A stretch of DNA of 54,910 bases from an uncultured Gammaproteobacteria bacterium (lineage in GTDB: Bacteria > Patescibacteriota > Microgenomatia > JALYQM01), in contig CAZGHS010000009.1 of NCBI GenBank assembly GCA_964525495.1, positions 1 through 54,910 of the forward strand, given 5' to 3'. Both the position numbers and the translations under genes were made by a program. Numbering within the stretch: the stretch's first letter is position 1; the number at the start of each line of letters is the position of its first letter. A model generated the notes under the pieces. It did no database searches. It was not told where the DNA came from and saw only the letters and a program-made list of their open reading frames with translations. This document shows, piece after piece, positions 26,213 to 35,096 of the stretch.

Positions 26213-26596
26213 ATGAGCGATGATAAAGTAAAAGTTTTATTAGTAGAGGATGATCCACGCGTTCGTCAGCTCTATGAACTTGTACTTACCATGGAAGAAT
26301 ATGAAGTGGTATGTGCAGTTAATGGTGAAGAAGGTCTGCAGAAAGCAGAAGAGGAGTCTCCGGATCTTATTTTCTTGGATTTGCGTATTCCGAAGATAAG
26401 TGGCTTGGATTTGTTGCAAATGTTGCGAAATAATCCAAAAACTAAGGATATTCCGGTTGTAATCTTATCTAATTATGATGATGAGGCGACCATCGCAAAG
26501 GGTATTGAGCTTGGTGCTCGAGAGTACATTATTAAGTCACGTATTACTCCTAAAGACCTCCCAACAAAGGTTGAAGAGTATACGCATCATGAGTAA
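26213..26596 (+). CDS. single-domain response regulator (CheY-like receiver only)
   Basis: 127 aa with VLLVEDD, the phospho-acceptor context LIFLDLRIP, and a conserved ILSN...K. There is no output domain. The start lies 3 nt after the kinase stop. Confidence 0.85.
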   Translation: MSDDKVKVLLVEDDPRVRQLYELVLTMEEYEVVCAVNGEEGLQKAEEESPDLIFLDLRIPKISGLDLLQMLRNNPKTKDIPVVILSNYDDEATIAKGIELGAREYIIKSRITPKDLPTKVEEYTHHE

Positions 26597-26631
26597 GATT
26601 TATTAAATCACGCACGACATCTTCATAGTCC

Positions 26632-26711
26632 GTTCGAACCTTTTTGAGGACATTTTCTTGCTCCTACAAATCCCCAAGTCGCTTGAAAATGTCCTCTGCA
26701 ACGGTTTGAAC
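26632..26711. repeat. 80-nt extended imperfect inverted repeat (two-tier hairpin) in a convergent intergenic gap
   Basis: The outer tier pairs GTTCGAACC (26632-26640) with GGTTTGAAC (26703-26711). The inner tier is a perfect 12-bp stem, GAGGACATTTTC (26646-26657) with GAAAATGTCCTC (26685-26696), around a 27-nt loop. No flanking T-tract is present. Confidence 0.5.
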
Positions 26712-26723
26712 TAATCTTGAAAA

Positions 26724-27029
26724 TTAGACTGGGAGTTTGAAGTCTGGGAAGATTTCTTCCATCTTAGGTTCTTTTTTCTCACCGAGGCTGTCTAGAACCT
26801 GAAAAAGGACACGAACGCCAGCTAAATTAAGTCCCTGCTTGCGTGTTAAATACTGAATGAACCGGAGTTTGTCTATATCCATAGGGCTATAGCGACGACG
26901 GTTAGTCTTTGTTCTATGAGGGATTACGAGGTTTTCGTTTTCATAGAGCATTAATGTACGCTGGTGGACGCCAATTATCTCAGCCGCAATCGACAAAGTG
27001 AATAAAGGTTTCGTATTAGTATTCATCAT
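26724..27029 (-). CDS. MerR-family transcriptional regulator (HspR-like by context)
   Basis: 101 aa. The MerR HTH is FTLSIAAEIIGVHQRTLMLYENENLV.P.RT..N.RRYS..DI. A strong SD (GGAGGGAG) precedes the start. The gene is divergent from the hrcA-dnaK operon. Confidence 0.8.
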   Translation of the reverse strand: MMNTNTKPLFTLSIAAEIIGVHQRTLMLYENENLVIPHRTKTNRRRYSPMDIDKLRFIQYLTRKQGLNLAGVRVLFQVLDSLGEKKEPKMEEIFPDFKLPV

Positions 27030-27061
27030 AATGTGCTCCCTCCGAGAGGTAGCTATTAAAG

Positions 27062-27080
27062 TTTTGTTACACTAACAAAA
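27062..27080. promoter_or_regulatory. perfect palindrome TTTTGTTA-CAC-TAACAAAA (candidate operator)
   Basis: It has 8-bp perfect arms and a 3-nt spacer. It lies between the divergent MerR gene and hrcA. Confidence 0.3.
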
Positions 27081-27122
27081 TGTTATAGTAATGTATTTTT
27101 AGTCTATATTACTTTTGCATTC

Positions 27123-27160
27123 TTGACAAGAGTTTAGCAGTCTTCTATACTTACTGCTAG
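27123..27160 (+). promoter_or_regulatory. hrcA-dnaK promoter overlapped by a CIRCE-like operator
   Basis: The promoter is TTGACA (27123-27128), a 17-nt spacer, then TATACT (27146-27151). TTAGCAGTC-N9-TACTGCTAG (27134-27160) compares with the CIRCE consensus TTAGCACTC-N9-GAGTGCTAA. Confidence 0.55.
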
Positions 27161-27175
27161 ATTAGGAGATGTTTT

Positions 27176-27907
27176 ATGCTCGATTTAACACCACGACAGA
27201 CGAAAATACTACAGGCTATTGTTGAAGAGTATGTTGCTAGCGGTATTGCCGTAGGCTCAGAAACGATTGATAAAAAGTATAAATTAGGGGTTTCTCCGGC
27301 AACTGTTCGGAACGAGATGGTTAAGCTCATTGAAATGGGATATCTGAAGCAGCCACATACCTCCGCTGGGCGTGTGCCGACCACGAAAGCTTTCAGATTG
27401 TATATTGGCGAAATTATGAAGGAGAAGCAGCTTTCTGTACGGGAAGAGGTTTCAATCAAACAGCAGTTGTGGGATCAGCGTAATGACTATGAGCGATTGA
27501 TGCGACATGCTGTACTGTTGCTCGCTGATACTACGCAGCTTTTGAGTATCGCAATTACTGGTGACGATGATGTGTTTTATGCGGGTGCTGCTCATATTCT
27601 CGATATACCTGAGTTTTACGATATTGATGTGACGAAGACAGTGCTGACATTAATGGATCGACACCAAGCTCTTCTGACTATGTTCAGAGAGGCGACATCG
27701 AATAATCCGGTCAAAGTGATGCTTGGTGAAGAACTTGGCCTGCATTACTTAGAGGCCTGTGGATTTGTATTTACCGGGTATGATGCGGGTAAATATGGAC
27801 AAGGAATGATTGGTATAATTGGACCTTCACGATTAAATTATCCATATATTGTGCCGTTGGTGCGGTATTATGGAACTTTAGTGAGTGAAGTAGGACGTAA
27901 TTGGTAA
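27176..27907 (+). CDS. hrcA: heat-inducible transcription repressor HrcA (short form)
   Basis: 243 aa. The N-terminal winged helix is LTPRQTKILQAIVEEYVASGIAVGSETI...VSPATVRNEMVKLIEMGYL.QPHTSAGRVPT. Confidence 0.88.
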   Translation: MLDLTPRQTKILQAIVEEYVASGIAVGSETIDKKYKLGVSPATVRNEMVKLIEMGYLKQPHTSAGRVPTTKAFRLYIGEIMKEKQLSVREEVSIKQQLWDQRNDYERLMRHAVLLLADTTQLLSIAITGDDDVFYAGAAHILDIPEFYDIDVTKTVLTLMDRHQALLTMFREATSNNPVKVMLGEELGLHYLEACGFVFTGYDAGKYGQGMIGIIGPSRLNYPYIVPLVRYYGTLVSEVGRNW

Positions 27908-27928
27908 ATATTTTTTTAGGAGGAACGT

Positions 27929-28456
27929 ATGTCTGACGATACAGATGTAAAAGATGATTTAAATGCTAAATTGGATGATATGGAGGTTGAAGCAACTCCT
28001 CAATCTGATGATGATGTCATTCAAAAATTAATGGCTCAGAATGATGATCTGACAAACAAGTGGAAGCGAGCTGTGGCAGATTATCAGAATTTGGAAAAGC
28101 AGGTGAAGAAAGAAAAATCTGAGTTTATGCAGTTTGCGAGTGGTCAGGTGATGGAGCGATTTTTGCCAATTCTTGATCATATGGAGCAAGCAGTGACTGG
28201 TATGAATGACGATGAAAAGAAATCGGGTTGGGCAGTGGGAATTTTAATGACGGTGAAGATGTTTAAGGATATGTTGAAAGAAGAAGGAATGGTTGAGATA
28301 AAAGCAGAAGGCGAACATTTTGATGCGCACAAAATGGAAGCCGTTGAAGCGGTAGATGGTGAGAAGGATAAGGTTATGAAGGTATTGAGAAAGGGATACG
28401 AAATCTTCGGGAAAGTAGTACGACCTGCTCAAGTTATTATTGGAAAAGGAAATTAA
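27929..28456 (+). CDS. grpE: nucleotide exchange factor GrpE
   Basis: 175 aa. The SD is [18 protein letters not shown], the PILDHME block and a C-terminal beta domain are present. It sits between hrcA and dnaK. Confidence 0.9.
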   Translation: MSDDTDVKDDLNAKLDDMEVEATPQSDDDVIQKLMAQNDDLTNKWKRAVADYQNLEKQVKKEKSEFMQFASGQVMERFLPILDHMEQAVTGMNDDEKKSGWAVGILMTVKMFKDMLKEEGMVEIKAEGEHFDAHKMEAVEAVDGEKDKVMKVLRKGYEIFGKVVRPAQVIIGKGN

Positions 28457-28476
28457 TTAAAGTAAAGGAGTTATAT

Positions 28477-30381
28477 ATGGGAAAAATAATTGGTATTGAT
28501 TTGGGAACCACCAACTCCTGCGTTGCAGTGATGGAAGGTGGAAAGCCAAAAGTTATTCATAGTGCTGAGGGACGCAATGTTATTCCTTCAGTAGTGGAAG
28601 TTGTGAAGCACATCGTCGGTGATGTTGCGAAGCGACAGATGGTTGTGAATCCAGATACAACTATCTATTCAGTAAAGCGTTTGATGGGACATAAGTTCCA
28701 TGACGATTCTGTCGTACGCGATACAAAGATGCTTGCATACAAAGTGGTTGCTGGTCGTGATGACATGGCAAACGTTGAAGTGCAGGGTCGCCAGTATACA
28801 CCTCAAGAGATTTCTGCGATGATCTTGCAGAAGATAAAGGCAGATGCTGAGGCGTATCTTGGAGAAAAGGTTACTGAAGCTGTTATTACTGTTCCTGCAT
28901 ATTTTGATGATGCACAGCGACAAGCTACAAAACAAGCCGGTGAGATCGCAGGTCTTGATGTAAAACGTATTATCAATGAACCTACAGCTGCAGCCTTGGC
29001 TTACGGTTTGGATAAGAATAACGCTCATACTATATTGGTTTACGACCTTGGTGGTGGAACATTTGACGTCTCGATTTTGGAACTTGGAGATGGCGTGTAT
29101 GAAGTGAAGTCTACATCAGGTGACACACATCTTGGTGGTGATGATTTTGATCAGAAAATAATCGACTGGTTGATTGCAGAATTTAAAAACGAACAAGGTG
29201 TTGATTTGTCGAAGGATAAACAGGCTTTGCAACGTTTGAAGGATGCTGCTGAAAAGGCAAAGATTGAATTGTCTTCTTCACAAGAAGCAGAGATCTCATT
29301 GCCATTTATCACTGCCGATGCAAGCGGTCCAAAACACATGCAGATCAAAATGTCTCGCTCAAAACTCGAGCAATTGGTTGGTGAATTAATCGACAAAACA
29401 TTTGTGTCTGTAAAAACAGCTTTGAAAGACGCAGATCTTGATGTTTCAAAAATTAATGAAGTTGTTTTGGTTGGCGGTATGACCCGTATGCCAGCTGTTG
29501 GTGAAGCAGTTAAGAAATTCTTTGGAAAAGAGCCTCACAAGGGTATTAACCCAGATGAAGTTGTTGCTATCGGTGCTTCGGTACAGGGTGGCGTACTTGG
29601 TGGCGAAGTAAAAGATGTGCTTTTGCTCGACGTAACACCACTGTCACTTGGTATTGAGACTCTTGGCGGTGTTGCAACTAAGTTGATTGAAAAGAATACA
29701 ACTATTCCAACATCAAAGTCACAGGTATTTTCGACAGCTGCTGATAACCAGACATCTGTTGAAGTACATGTGGTACAAGGTGAGCGCGAGTTTGCTAACG
29801 ACAACAAATCACTTGGACGGTTTATCCTTGATGGTATTCCCCCAGCACCTCGTGGCGTTCCACAGGTTGAAGTGACATTTGATATTGATGCGAATGGTAT
29901 CTTGCATGTTTCTGCTAAAGAAAAGCAGACAGGTAAGGAACAGAAGATTACGATCACTGGATCAACTGGCTTGAGTAAGGATGAAGTAACTCGTATGCAA
30001 CAGGAAGCTGAACAGCATGCTGAGGAAGATAAGAAAAAGAAAGATGAAATCGAGATTCGAAATCATGCAGATTCAATTGTCTTTACTGCAGAGAAGGGTT
30101 TGAAGGAAGCCGAAGGGAAGATTCCAGAAGAGGTGAAGACTGAAGTTGAAAGTAAAATTAAAGATCTGAAGGACATAATTCATACTGCAGGTATTGAGGA
30201 AGTGAAGACTAAGAGTCAGGCTCTCTCGGAGAGTATGCAGAAAATTGGTCAGTCGATGTATAATCAGCCAGGCGCACAAGGTGCTGCTCCAGGATCTGGT
30301 GAAGCCGGATCAGCAGACGCAGGTGATAAGAAGCCTGAAGATGCTAAAAAAGACGCCCAAGAGGGTGAAGTAGTAGGATAA
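28477..30381 (+). CDS. dnaK: molecular chaperone DnaK (Hsp70)
   Basis: 634 aa with [23 protein letters not shown] and [10 protein letters not shown] signatures. Confidence 0.97.
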   Translation: MGKIIGIDLGTTNSCVAVMEGGKPKVIHSAEGRNVIPSVVEVVKHIVGDVAKRQMVVNPDTTIYSVKRLMGHKFHDDSVVRDTKMLAYKVVAGRDDMANVEVQGRQYTPQEISAMILQKIKADAEAYLGEKVTEAVITVPAYFDDAQRQATKQAGEIAGLDVKRIINEPTAAALAYGLDKNNAHTILVYDLGGGTFDVSILELGDGVYEVKSTSGDTHLGGDDFDQKIIDWLIAEFKNEQGVDLSKDKQALQRLKDAAEKAKIELSSSQEAEISLPFITADASGPKHMQIKMSRSKLEQLVGELIDKTFVSVKTALKDADLDVSKINEVVLVGGMTRMPAVGEAVKKFFGKEPHKGINPDEVVAIGASVQGGVLGGEVKDVLLLDVTPLSLGIETLGGVATKLIEKNTTIPTSKSQVFSTAADNQTSVEVHVVQGEREFANDNKSLGRFILDGIPPAPRGVPQVEVTFDIDANGILHVSAKEKQTGKEQKITITGSTGLSKDEVTRMQQEAEQHAEEDKKKKDEIEIRNHADSIVFTAEKGLKEAEGKIPEEVKTEVESKIKDLKDIIHTAGIEEVKTKSQALSESMQKIGQSMYNQPGAQGAAPGSGEAGSADAGDKKPEDAKKDAQEGEVVG

Positions 30382-30394
30382 GGAGAATATATAT

Positions 30395-30544
30395 ATGCAG
30401 ACAGAACAACAGAATGCAGGAAGAGCTACATTTGAAACTGTTAGAAACGCTAATAAGGCTATTAGAGAGGCTCATGTCCAGAAACTTCGTATAGTTACTT
30501 TAACGCAATCTCAAAAAAGCCAGGATAAAAGGAAGGTTGGTTAA
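30395..30544 (+). CDS. 49-aa basic micro-ORF between dnaK and dnaJ
   Basis: It is not in the ORF track. AGGAG lies 9 nt upstream of the ATG. Its stop overlaps the dnaJ start (TAATG), which suggests translational coupling. Sequence: [49 protein letters not shown]. Confidence 0.35.
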   Translation: MQTEQQNAGRATFETVRNANKAIREAHVQKLRIVTLTQSQKSQDKRKVG

Positions 30545-31392
30545 TGGCTGATTACTACGGATCCCTTGGGGTATCCAAGAATGCTACTGCAGAAGAGATA
30601 AAAAAAGCGTATCGGCAGATGGCGCGTAAGTTCCATCCCGATGTAAATAAAGACGATGGCGCTGAGAAGAAGCTGAAAGAGCTTAACCAAGCATATGAGG
30701 TGCTTTCTGACCCACAGAAGCGACAAACATATGATCAGTTAGGCTCTTCCGCTTTTGAAGGGAATGCTGCTGGCGGTAATCCATATGGAGCCGGAGGCGG
30801 TCCTTTTGGTGGATTCGGGAATGGCGGTTATCAGTATTCTTATCAAACAGGAGGTGGCGGCGTAGATCCGTTTGATATTTTAGAACAATTTTTCGGAGGC
30901 GCATCACCGTTTGGTGGAGGACGTCGATCTCCTCGGGCACCTACGTATCAGATTCAAATATCTTTTGATGATGCAGTGCATGGTGTAGAGAAAGAAGTGG
31001 AAATTGAGAATAAGAAGCGCAAAATTAAGATTCCAGCTGGTGTGGATGATGGAATGCGGATCAAGTTTGATGATTTTAATTTGATTATCGGGGTTGCACC
31101 TTCGAATATTTTTCAGCGCGATGGACAGGATGTTGTTGTAGAGAAAGAGATTTCGTTTATGCTTGCTGCAATGGGTGGAAGTATTAAAGTTCCTACGATT
31201 AATGGTGATGTGGAACTGAAAGTGCAGCCTGGTACTCAACCTGAAACGGTAATCCGATTGAAAGAGCGAGGTATTCCTTCTCCTCGTGGTGGTCATCGTG
31301 GTGATGAGTATGTTAAATTTAAGGTGAAAGTGCCTACAAAACTTTCTGGTAAAGCAAAGAAATTAATGGAAGAGCTGCAGAAGGAGATCTAA
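30544..31392 (+). CDS. dnaJ: J-domain co-chaperone, class B-like (J domain + G/F region + C-terminal domains, no zinc finger)
   Basis: 282 aa. The J domain has DYY..LGV...A...EIKKAYR..A.KFHPD with the HPD motif. A Gly/Phe-rich stretch follows. The whole protein contains no Cys, so the CxxCxGxG repeats are absent. Confidence 0.85.
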   Translation: MADYYGSLGVSKNATAEEIKKAYRQMARKFHPDVNKDDGAEKKLKELNQAYEVLSDPQKRQTYDQLGSSAFEGNAAGGNPYGAGGGPFGGFGNGGYQYSYQTGGGGVDPFDILEQFFGGASPFGGGRRSPRAPTYQIQISFDDAVHGVEKEVEIENKKRKIKIPAGVDDGMRIKFDDFNLIIGVAPSNIFQRDGQDVVVEKEISFMLAAMGGSIKVPTINGDVELKVQPGTQPETVIRLKERGIPSPRGGHRGDEYVKFKVKVPTKLSGKAKKLMEELQKEI

Positions 31393-31614
31393 ATGACACA
31401 AGAGAAGAGTGTGAAACATGGCTTGATTGATGCCATACAAGAGCGAGTAAAGCAAATAGAGGTGGTAGATGAACCGGTAATTCAACTTGGGGAAGACGTT
31501 CAACGAAGTGACGATCATGGTGAAACTGCGAGAAGGTTAAAGCGAGCGTCAGAACGTCGAGATTTGCGTCCTACAACTAGGCAGCAGAATCGACGAAGAC
31601 TATTGGGTCGTTAG
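31393..31614 (+). CDS. hypothetical basic protein (73 aa)
   Basis: The ATG directly abuts the dnaJ stop (TAAATG). The C-terminus is Arg-rich. I recognise no motif. Confidence 0.35.
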   Translation: MTQEKSVKHGLIDAIQERVKQIEVVDEPVIQLGEDVQRSDDHGETARRLKRASERRDLRPTTRQQNRRRLLGR

Positions 31615-31796
31615 TTTTTTGTTGGTCTAGTTTCTTTTCTCTTTTCGTCAATTATTCTTCTACCTTTTCCTGTTATTACAAAAGCAGTATCAGCTCGGCC
31701 TTCACTTTTTATTACATAGCCTTCAGCTACGGCTTCTGCAAGATTTCTTGCATGGCCGATGGTAGTTCTCTTTGGAACGGTTTCTTTATTTGTCAT
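31611..31796 (-). CDS. hypothetical small protein (61 aa)
   Basis: It is an ORF only. It overlaps the start of the downstream minus-strand gene by 11 nt. Confidence 0.3.
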   Translation of the reverse strand: MTNKETVPKRTTIGHARNLAEAVAEGYVIKSEGRADTAFVITGKGRRIIDEKRKETRPTKN

Positions 31797-32859
31797 AACT
31801 TTTTATTAACCTCATTATACGCACAATATCTTTTTTGTGAATATGGAATCCTAGCGGCAGGAAAAGTACCGACTTATCTTCGCTCCAGGGGCAATCGGGG
31901 AATTTTGTCCAGATATTTAGGTTATGTTTGTTGAGGTACTCGATAAGCTTTTCTGGTCTGTTGTGTTTTAAACCTAGTGGATAGACGTGTAGTTTTCCGT
32001 AGTCTGACTCAGGGATGTTTATTTTGTAGAATTGTGAATCTGGTGTAAAGAGTTCCTTTAATAATTCTGTGTAGAGTTTCGCTTGTTCTGTTTTTAACTT
32101 TTCTATTTTCTCAAAGTTTATAAAGCTATGTATAAATGGAATCCATGGTAAACCTGGATATGATTTCCAGCTATCACCGATGATGTCGTCGTGAGCTTTG
32201 AGAAGTGTGTGGTGAGCAAAATTGCTGAGCTTGCCGCTGTTAAGTAGCTGGCTGAGAAGAAAGGTGAGTCTGAATAGGATGAAAAGCATAGTGGATGAGA
32301 TTTGGTAGGTCGAGAAGTCTTGGTTGGATTGTTTGTAGTTTAATCCTTTGTGTGTGCCGTAGATGAAGCTCCCGGGAAGTGGTGAGTCTTTGCGGAGGCT
32401 GTCCATAACAAAATGGTTGTCGTTTAATAGTTCGACTTCTTTGGGATTGGTCAGTCGGTGGACGCAGTCTTCAATAATGATGGTTTCGGGCGGTATGGAT
32501 TTTATCCAGTCAGTTTGTTTAAGAAGATTTGTAGTGATCCCGCAAGCGTGGAAGAGTATGACTATTCGGGGTTCGTGTTGATGAATGGCTTCAACTAGGA
32601 TTTGAGGTGTGGATTGGAAGTTCTTGTCCAGTTCGTATAACTGCCATTTATATCCGTGTTTGGCGACGTTTTCGAGTACATCCATGCAGTAGAAATTAGG
32701 AAATAGTATAGTTGATCCGAGTGGAATTTGTTTTTTGCGCAAGAGTTCCCAGAGTGCGTCTTCCCATGAATGGTAGTAATACCGCTTTACGTGTGTCGGG
32801 GTTAAGTGTCGTTTTAAGCCCAGAAACGGTAAAAGAAACGGTTGGTAATAATTGACCAT
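31786..32859 (-). CDS. hypothetical protein, possibly fold-type-I PLP aminotransferase-like (DegT/DnrJ-like)
   Basis: 357 aa. The pattern LFPNFYCMDVLENV...RIVILFHACG...IIIEDCVHRL...DSLRKDSPLP loosely follows DegT-type spacing. The assignment is weak. Confidence 0.35.
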   Translation of the reverse strand: MVNYYQPFLLPFLGLKRHLTPTHVKRYYYHSWEDALWELLRKKQIPLGSTILFPNFYCMDVLENVAKHGYKWQLYELDKNFQSTPQILVEAIHQHEPRIVILFHACGITTNLLKQTDWIKSIPPETIIIEDCVHRLTNPKEVELLNDNHFVMDSLRKDSPLPGSFIYGTHKGLNYKQSNQDFSTYQISSTMLFILFRLTFLLSQLLNSGKLSNFAHHTLLKAHDDIIGDSWKSYPGLPWIPFIHSFINFEKIEKLKTEQAKLYTELLKELFTPDSQFYKINIPESDYGKLHVYPLGLKHNRPEKLIEYLNKHNLNIWTKFPDCPWSEDKSVLFLPLGFHIHKKDIVRIMRLIKSYDK

Positions 32860-32901
32860 AAGGGCTATTTTATCATGTTTTTGTGATATACTTGAGGTTA
32901 T

Positions 32902-33474
32902 ATGGTTACTAGTGTTTTACATAACGGTGAGAAAAAACAGTTTGTTTTTAGCTGGTTTGGCGAGGATTCGGTTGAAGAGGCGCACGAAATTATTCTGGAG
33001 GGCGATGGATCAGAAGCGGATGTGTATGGGCTTTTTTATGGTCATGATAGTCAGAAATATGTGAATAATGTACGAGTTGTGCATAAGGGTAAAGATACTC
33101 GAGCTAATGTTTTTGCGTGTGGTGTGGCTATCGATAAGTCGTTTATAGATTTTTCTGGCATGTTGCGAGTAGAACATGGAGCAAAGCGAACACGAACGTT
33201 TTTTCGGGCTAATTTGATGATTTTATCTCAGCAAGCTGCTGCGCATACATTTCCTGGCCTTGAGATAGAGGAGAATGATATTTTGCAGGGCGGTCATGCG
33301 GCAACTGTGGGTAAGGTGAATGAGGAACAGATGTTCTATCTAATGAGTCGTGGTTTGGATGAGACTACATCGAAGAGACTCGTGATACGAGGATTTTTTG
33401 AACCAGTACTGTCGCATATTGATGCGAGTGAGAGTGAGGTATTGAGGGGTAAGCTTGATTCGTATTTAGGCTAA
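32902..33474 (+). CDS. SufB/SufD-family protein, short (C-terminal beta-helix core only)
   Basis: 190 aa. GGHAATVGKVNEEQMFYLMSRGLDETTSKRLVIRGFF matches the conserved C-terminal SufB/SufD block. Typical family members are about twice this size. Confidence 0.7.
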   Translation: MVTSVLHNGEKKQFVFSWFGEDSVEEAHEIILEGDGSEADVYGLFYGHDSQKYVNNVRVVHKGKDTRANVFACGVAIDKSFIDFSGMLRVEHGAKRTRTFFRANLMILSQQAAAHTFPGLEIEENDILQGGHAATVGKVNEEQMFYLMSRGLDETTSKRLVIRGFFEPVLSHIDASESEVLRGKLDSYLG

Positions 33475-33528
33475 TTTTCTGCCAATTTTGACATTGTTTT
33501 GCAGTATTAGTGGTGTTACTGTCTAAAT

Positions 33529-33864
33529 ATGTTAACGAAACAAGATTTACTGCTTATACGAGAAGTTATTACTGAAGTTGTAAATCCTCGATTTGATGCT
33601 TTGGAAAAACGAATTGAAAAAGTAGAAAAGCGATTGGGTTCCGTGGAAAAGCGGATGGATGTCCTTGAAAAGCGCATAGGTAGTTTAGAAAAAAGAATGG
33701 ATATTCTTGAGTTTAAGATGGATGAGATGCGTGGCGCTTTGAATGGAACCATTGCATATTTGGATAAGCAAAAAAACGTTATTAATAAACGCTTTGAGCG
33801 TCTTGAAATTAGAATGGGTATGTATAATTCACAAGATCCACTGATATTGCGAGATAAGGTATAA
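33529..33864 (+). CDS. heptad-repeat coiled-coil protein (111 aa), hypothetical
   Basis: It has six consecutive 7-aa units: EKRIEKV, EKRLGSV, EKRMDVL, EKRIGSL, EKRMDIL, EFKMDEM. No SD is visible. Confidence 0.5.
   Translation: MLTKQDLLLIREVITEVVNPRFDALEKRIEKVEKRLGSVEKRMDVLEKRIGSLEKRMDILEFKMDEMRGALNGTIAYLDKQKNVINKRFERLEIRMGMYNSQDPLILRDKV
33604..33729 (+). repeat. 6 x 21-bp degenerate in-frame tandem repeat
   Basis: Each unit follows gaaaa(a/g)cg.at.g...... with a 21-nt period, read directly from the sequence. Confidence 0.8.
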
Positions 33865-33872
33865 TAATACTA

Positions 33873-35096
33873 ATGTTTGACTCTCAAGCCATAAAACAGC
33901 AATTCCCTATCATGAACCGTGAAATAAATGGAAAGCCTTTGGTTTTTCTTGATTCTGCTGCGAGTGCACAGAAGCCGCAGGGTGTCTTGGATGTGATGGA
34001 TGAGTTTGTAAAAAATCACTACGCGAATATTAATCGTGGTGTGTATACGTTGAGCGAAGAAGCTACAGAGCGAGTTGAACAAGTACGGGAAAAGGTTGCT
34101 AAGTTTATTGGAGCGGCTGCTGAGGAAATAGTGTTTACGCGGAATGCGACGGAGTCAATTAATTTGGTTGCGTATTCATGGGCGCGACTTAATTTGAAAA
34201 AGGGTGATGTGGTGGTGGTGACTGAAATGGAGCACCATGCGAATATTGTGCCCTGGCAATTGCTGCGAGATGAACTTGGTATTGAGATTAAATGGATTAC
34301 AGTGAGTGAAGAGGGATATTTGGAGTGGGGAAAATTTAAGTCTGAGAATACTGATGAGAATATTAAATTGGTGTGCGTAACACATGTTTCGAACGTAGTG
34401 GGAACTATTAATCAAGTCAAGGGAATTGGTGCGTGGGCGCATTCGATTGGCGCGAAGATTTTGGTGGATGGTGCACAAGGTGTGACGAATATTTCGGTTG
34501 ATGTGCGAGACATAGATTGTGATTGGTATGTGTTTTCCGGACATAAACTATATGGACCGACAGGAATAGGTGTTTTGTATGGGAAGAAAGAATTGCTTGA
34601 TGCAATGCCGCCGTTTATGGGTGGTGGGGATATGATTTTGGAAGTGCATAAAGAAAAGACGCAGTTTAAAGCTGCGCCGTATAAATTTGAAGCGGGAACA
34701 CCCGCGATTGTCGAGATTGTGGGACTGGGAGCAGCTATAGATTTTGTTTTGGAACTTGGAATTGAGAATATTCGAAAACATAATTTAGAGTTGCTTGAGT
34801 ATGCGATGCTGAGACTTGCAGAGATCGACGGTTTGCGCGTTTACGGACCTGAGAGTTTGGCTGATCGCGGTGGCGTAGTGTCTTTTGCTATGGAAGGCGC
34901 GCATCCACATGATATTGCGACTATTTTAAATGAAGACGGGATTGCTGTTCGTAGTGGGCATCACTGTGCACAACCGTTATGTGATCGATATGGTCAGCCT
35001 GCATTGGCACGCATAAGTTTTGGTGTGTATAACACAAAAGAAGATATAGATAGTTTGATAGAAAGTCTGAAAAAAGTAGTAGAAACTTTTAAATAA
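33873..35096 (+). CDS. sufS: cysteine desulfurase, SufS type (class V aminotransferase, group II)
   Basis: 407 aa. It has a PLP-Lys context (FSGHKLYGPTGIGVLYG), the active-site loop RSGHHCAQP, and HHANIVPW. Confidence 0.9.
   Translation: MFDSQAIKQQFPIMNREINGKPLVFLDSAASAQKPQGVLDVMDEFVKNHYANINRGVYTLSEEATERVEQVREKVAKFIGAAAEEIVFTRNATESINLVAYSWARLNLKKGDVVVVTEMEHHANIVPWQLLRDELGIEIKWITVSEEGYLEWGKFKSENTDENIKLVCVTHVSNVVGTINQVKGIGAWAHSIGAKILVDGAQGVTNISVDVRDIDCDWYVFSGHKLYGPTGIGVLYGKKELLDAMPPFMGGGDMILEVHKEKTQFKAAPYKFEAGTPAIVEIVGLGAAIDFVLELGIENIRKHNLELLEYAMLRLAEIDGLRVYGPESLADRGGVVSFAMEGAHPHDIATILNEDGIAVRSGHHCAQPLCDRYGQPALARISFGVYNTKEDIDSLIESLKKVVETFK

Noticed and set aside
28669-29957. Antisense ORFs inside dnaK (28669-29028, 29151-29396, 29535-29957). 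Similar shadow ORFs lie opposite gltX, DUF2130, epmA, the GT genes and trxB.
   Set aside because: They lie fully within strongly supported genes on the opposite strand, lack SD sequences, and have low-complexity or mirror-image composition.
33604-33729. Regular 21-bp repeats that could be mistaken for a mini-CRISPR or satellite array.
   Set aside because: The repeats are contiguous with no spacers, degenerate at wobble positions, and in frame with a 111-aa ORF in which they encode exact heptads.
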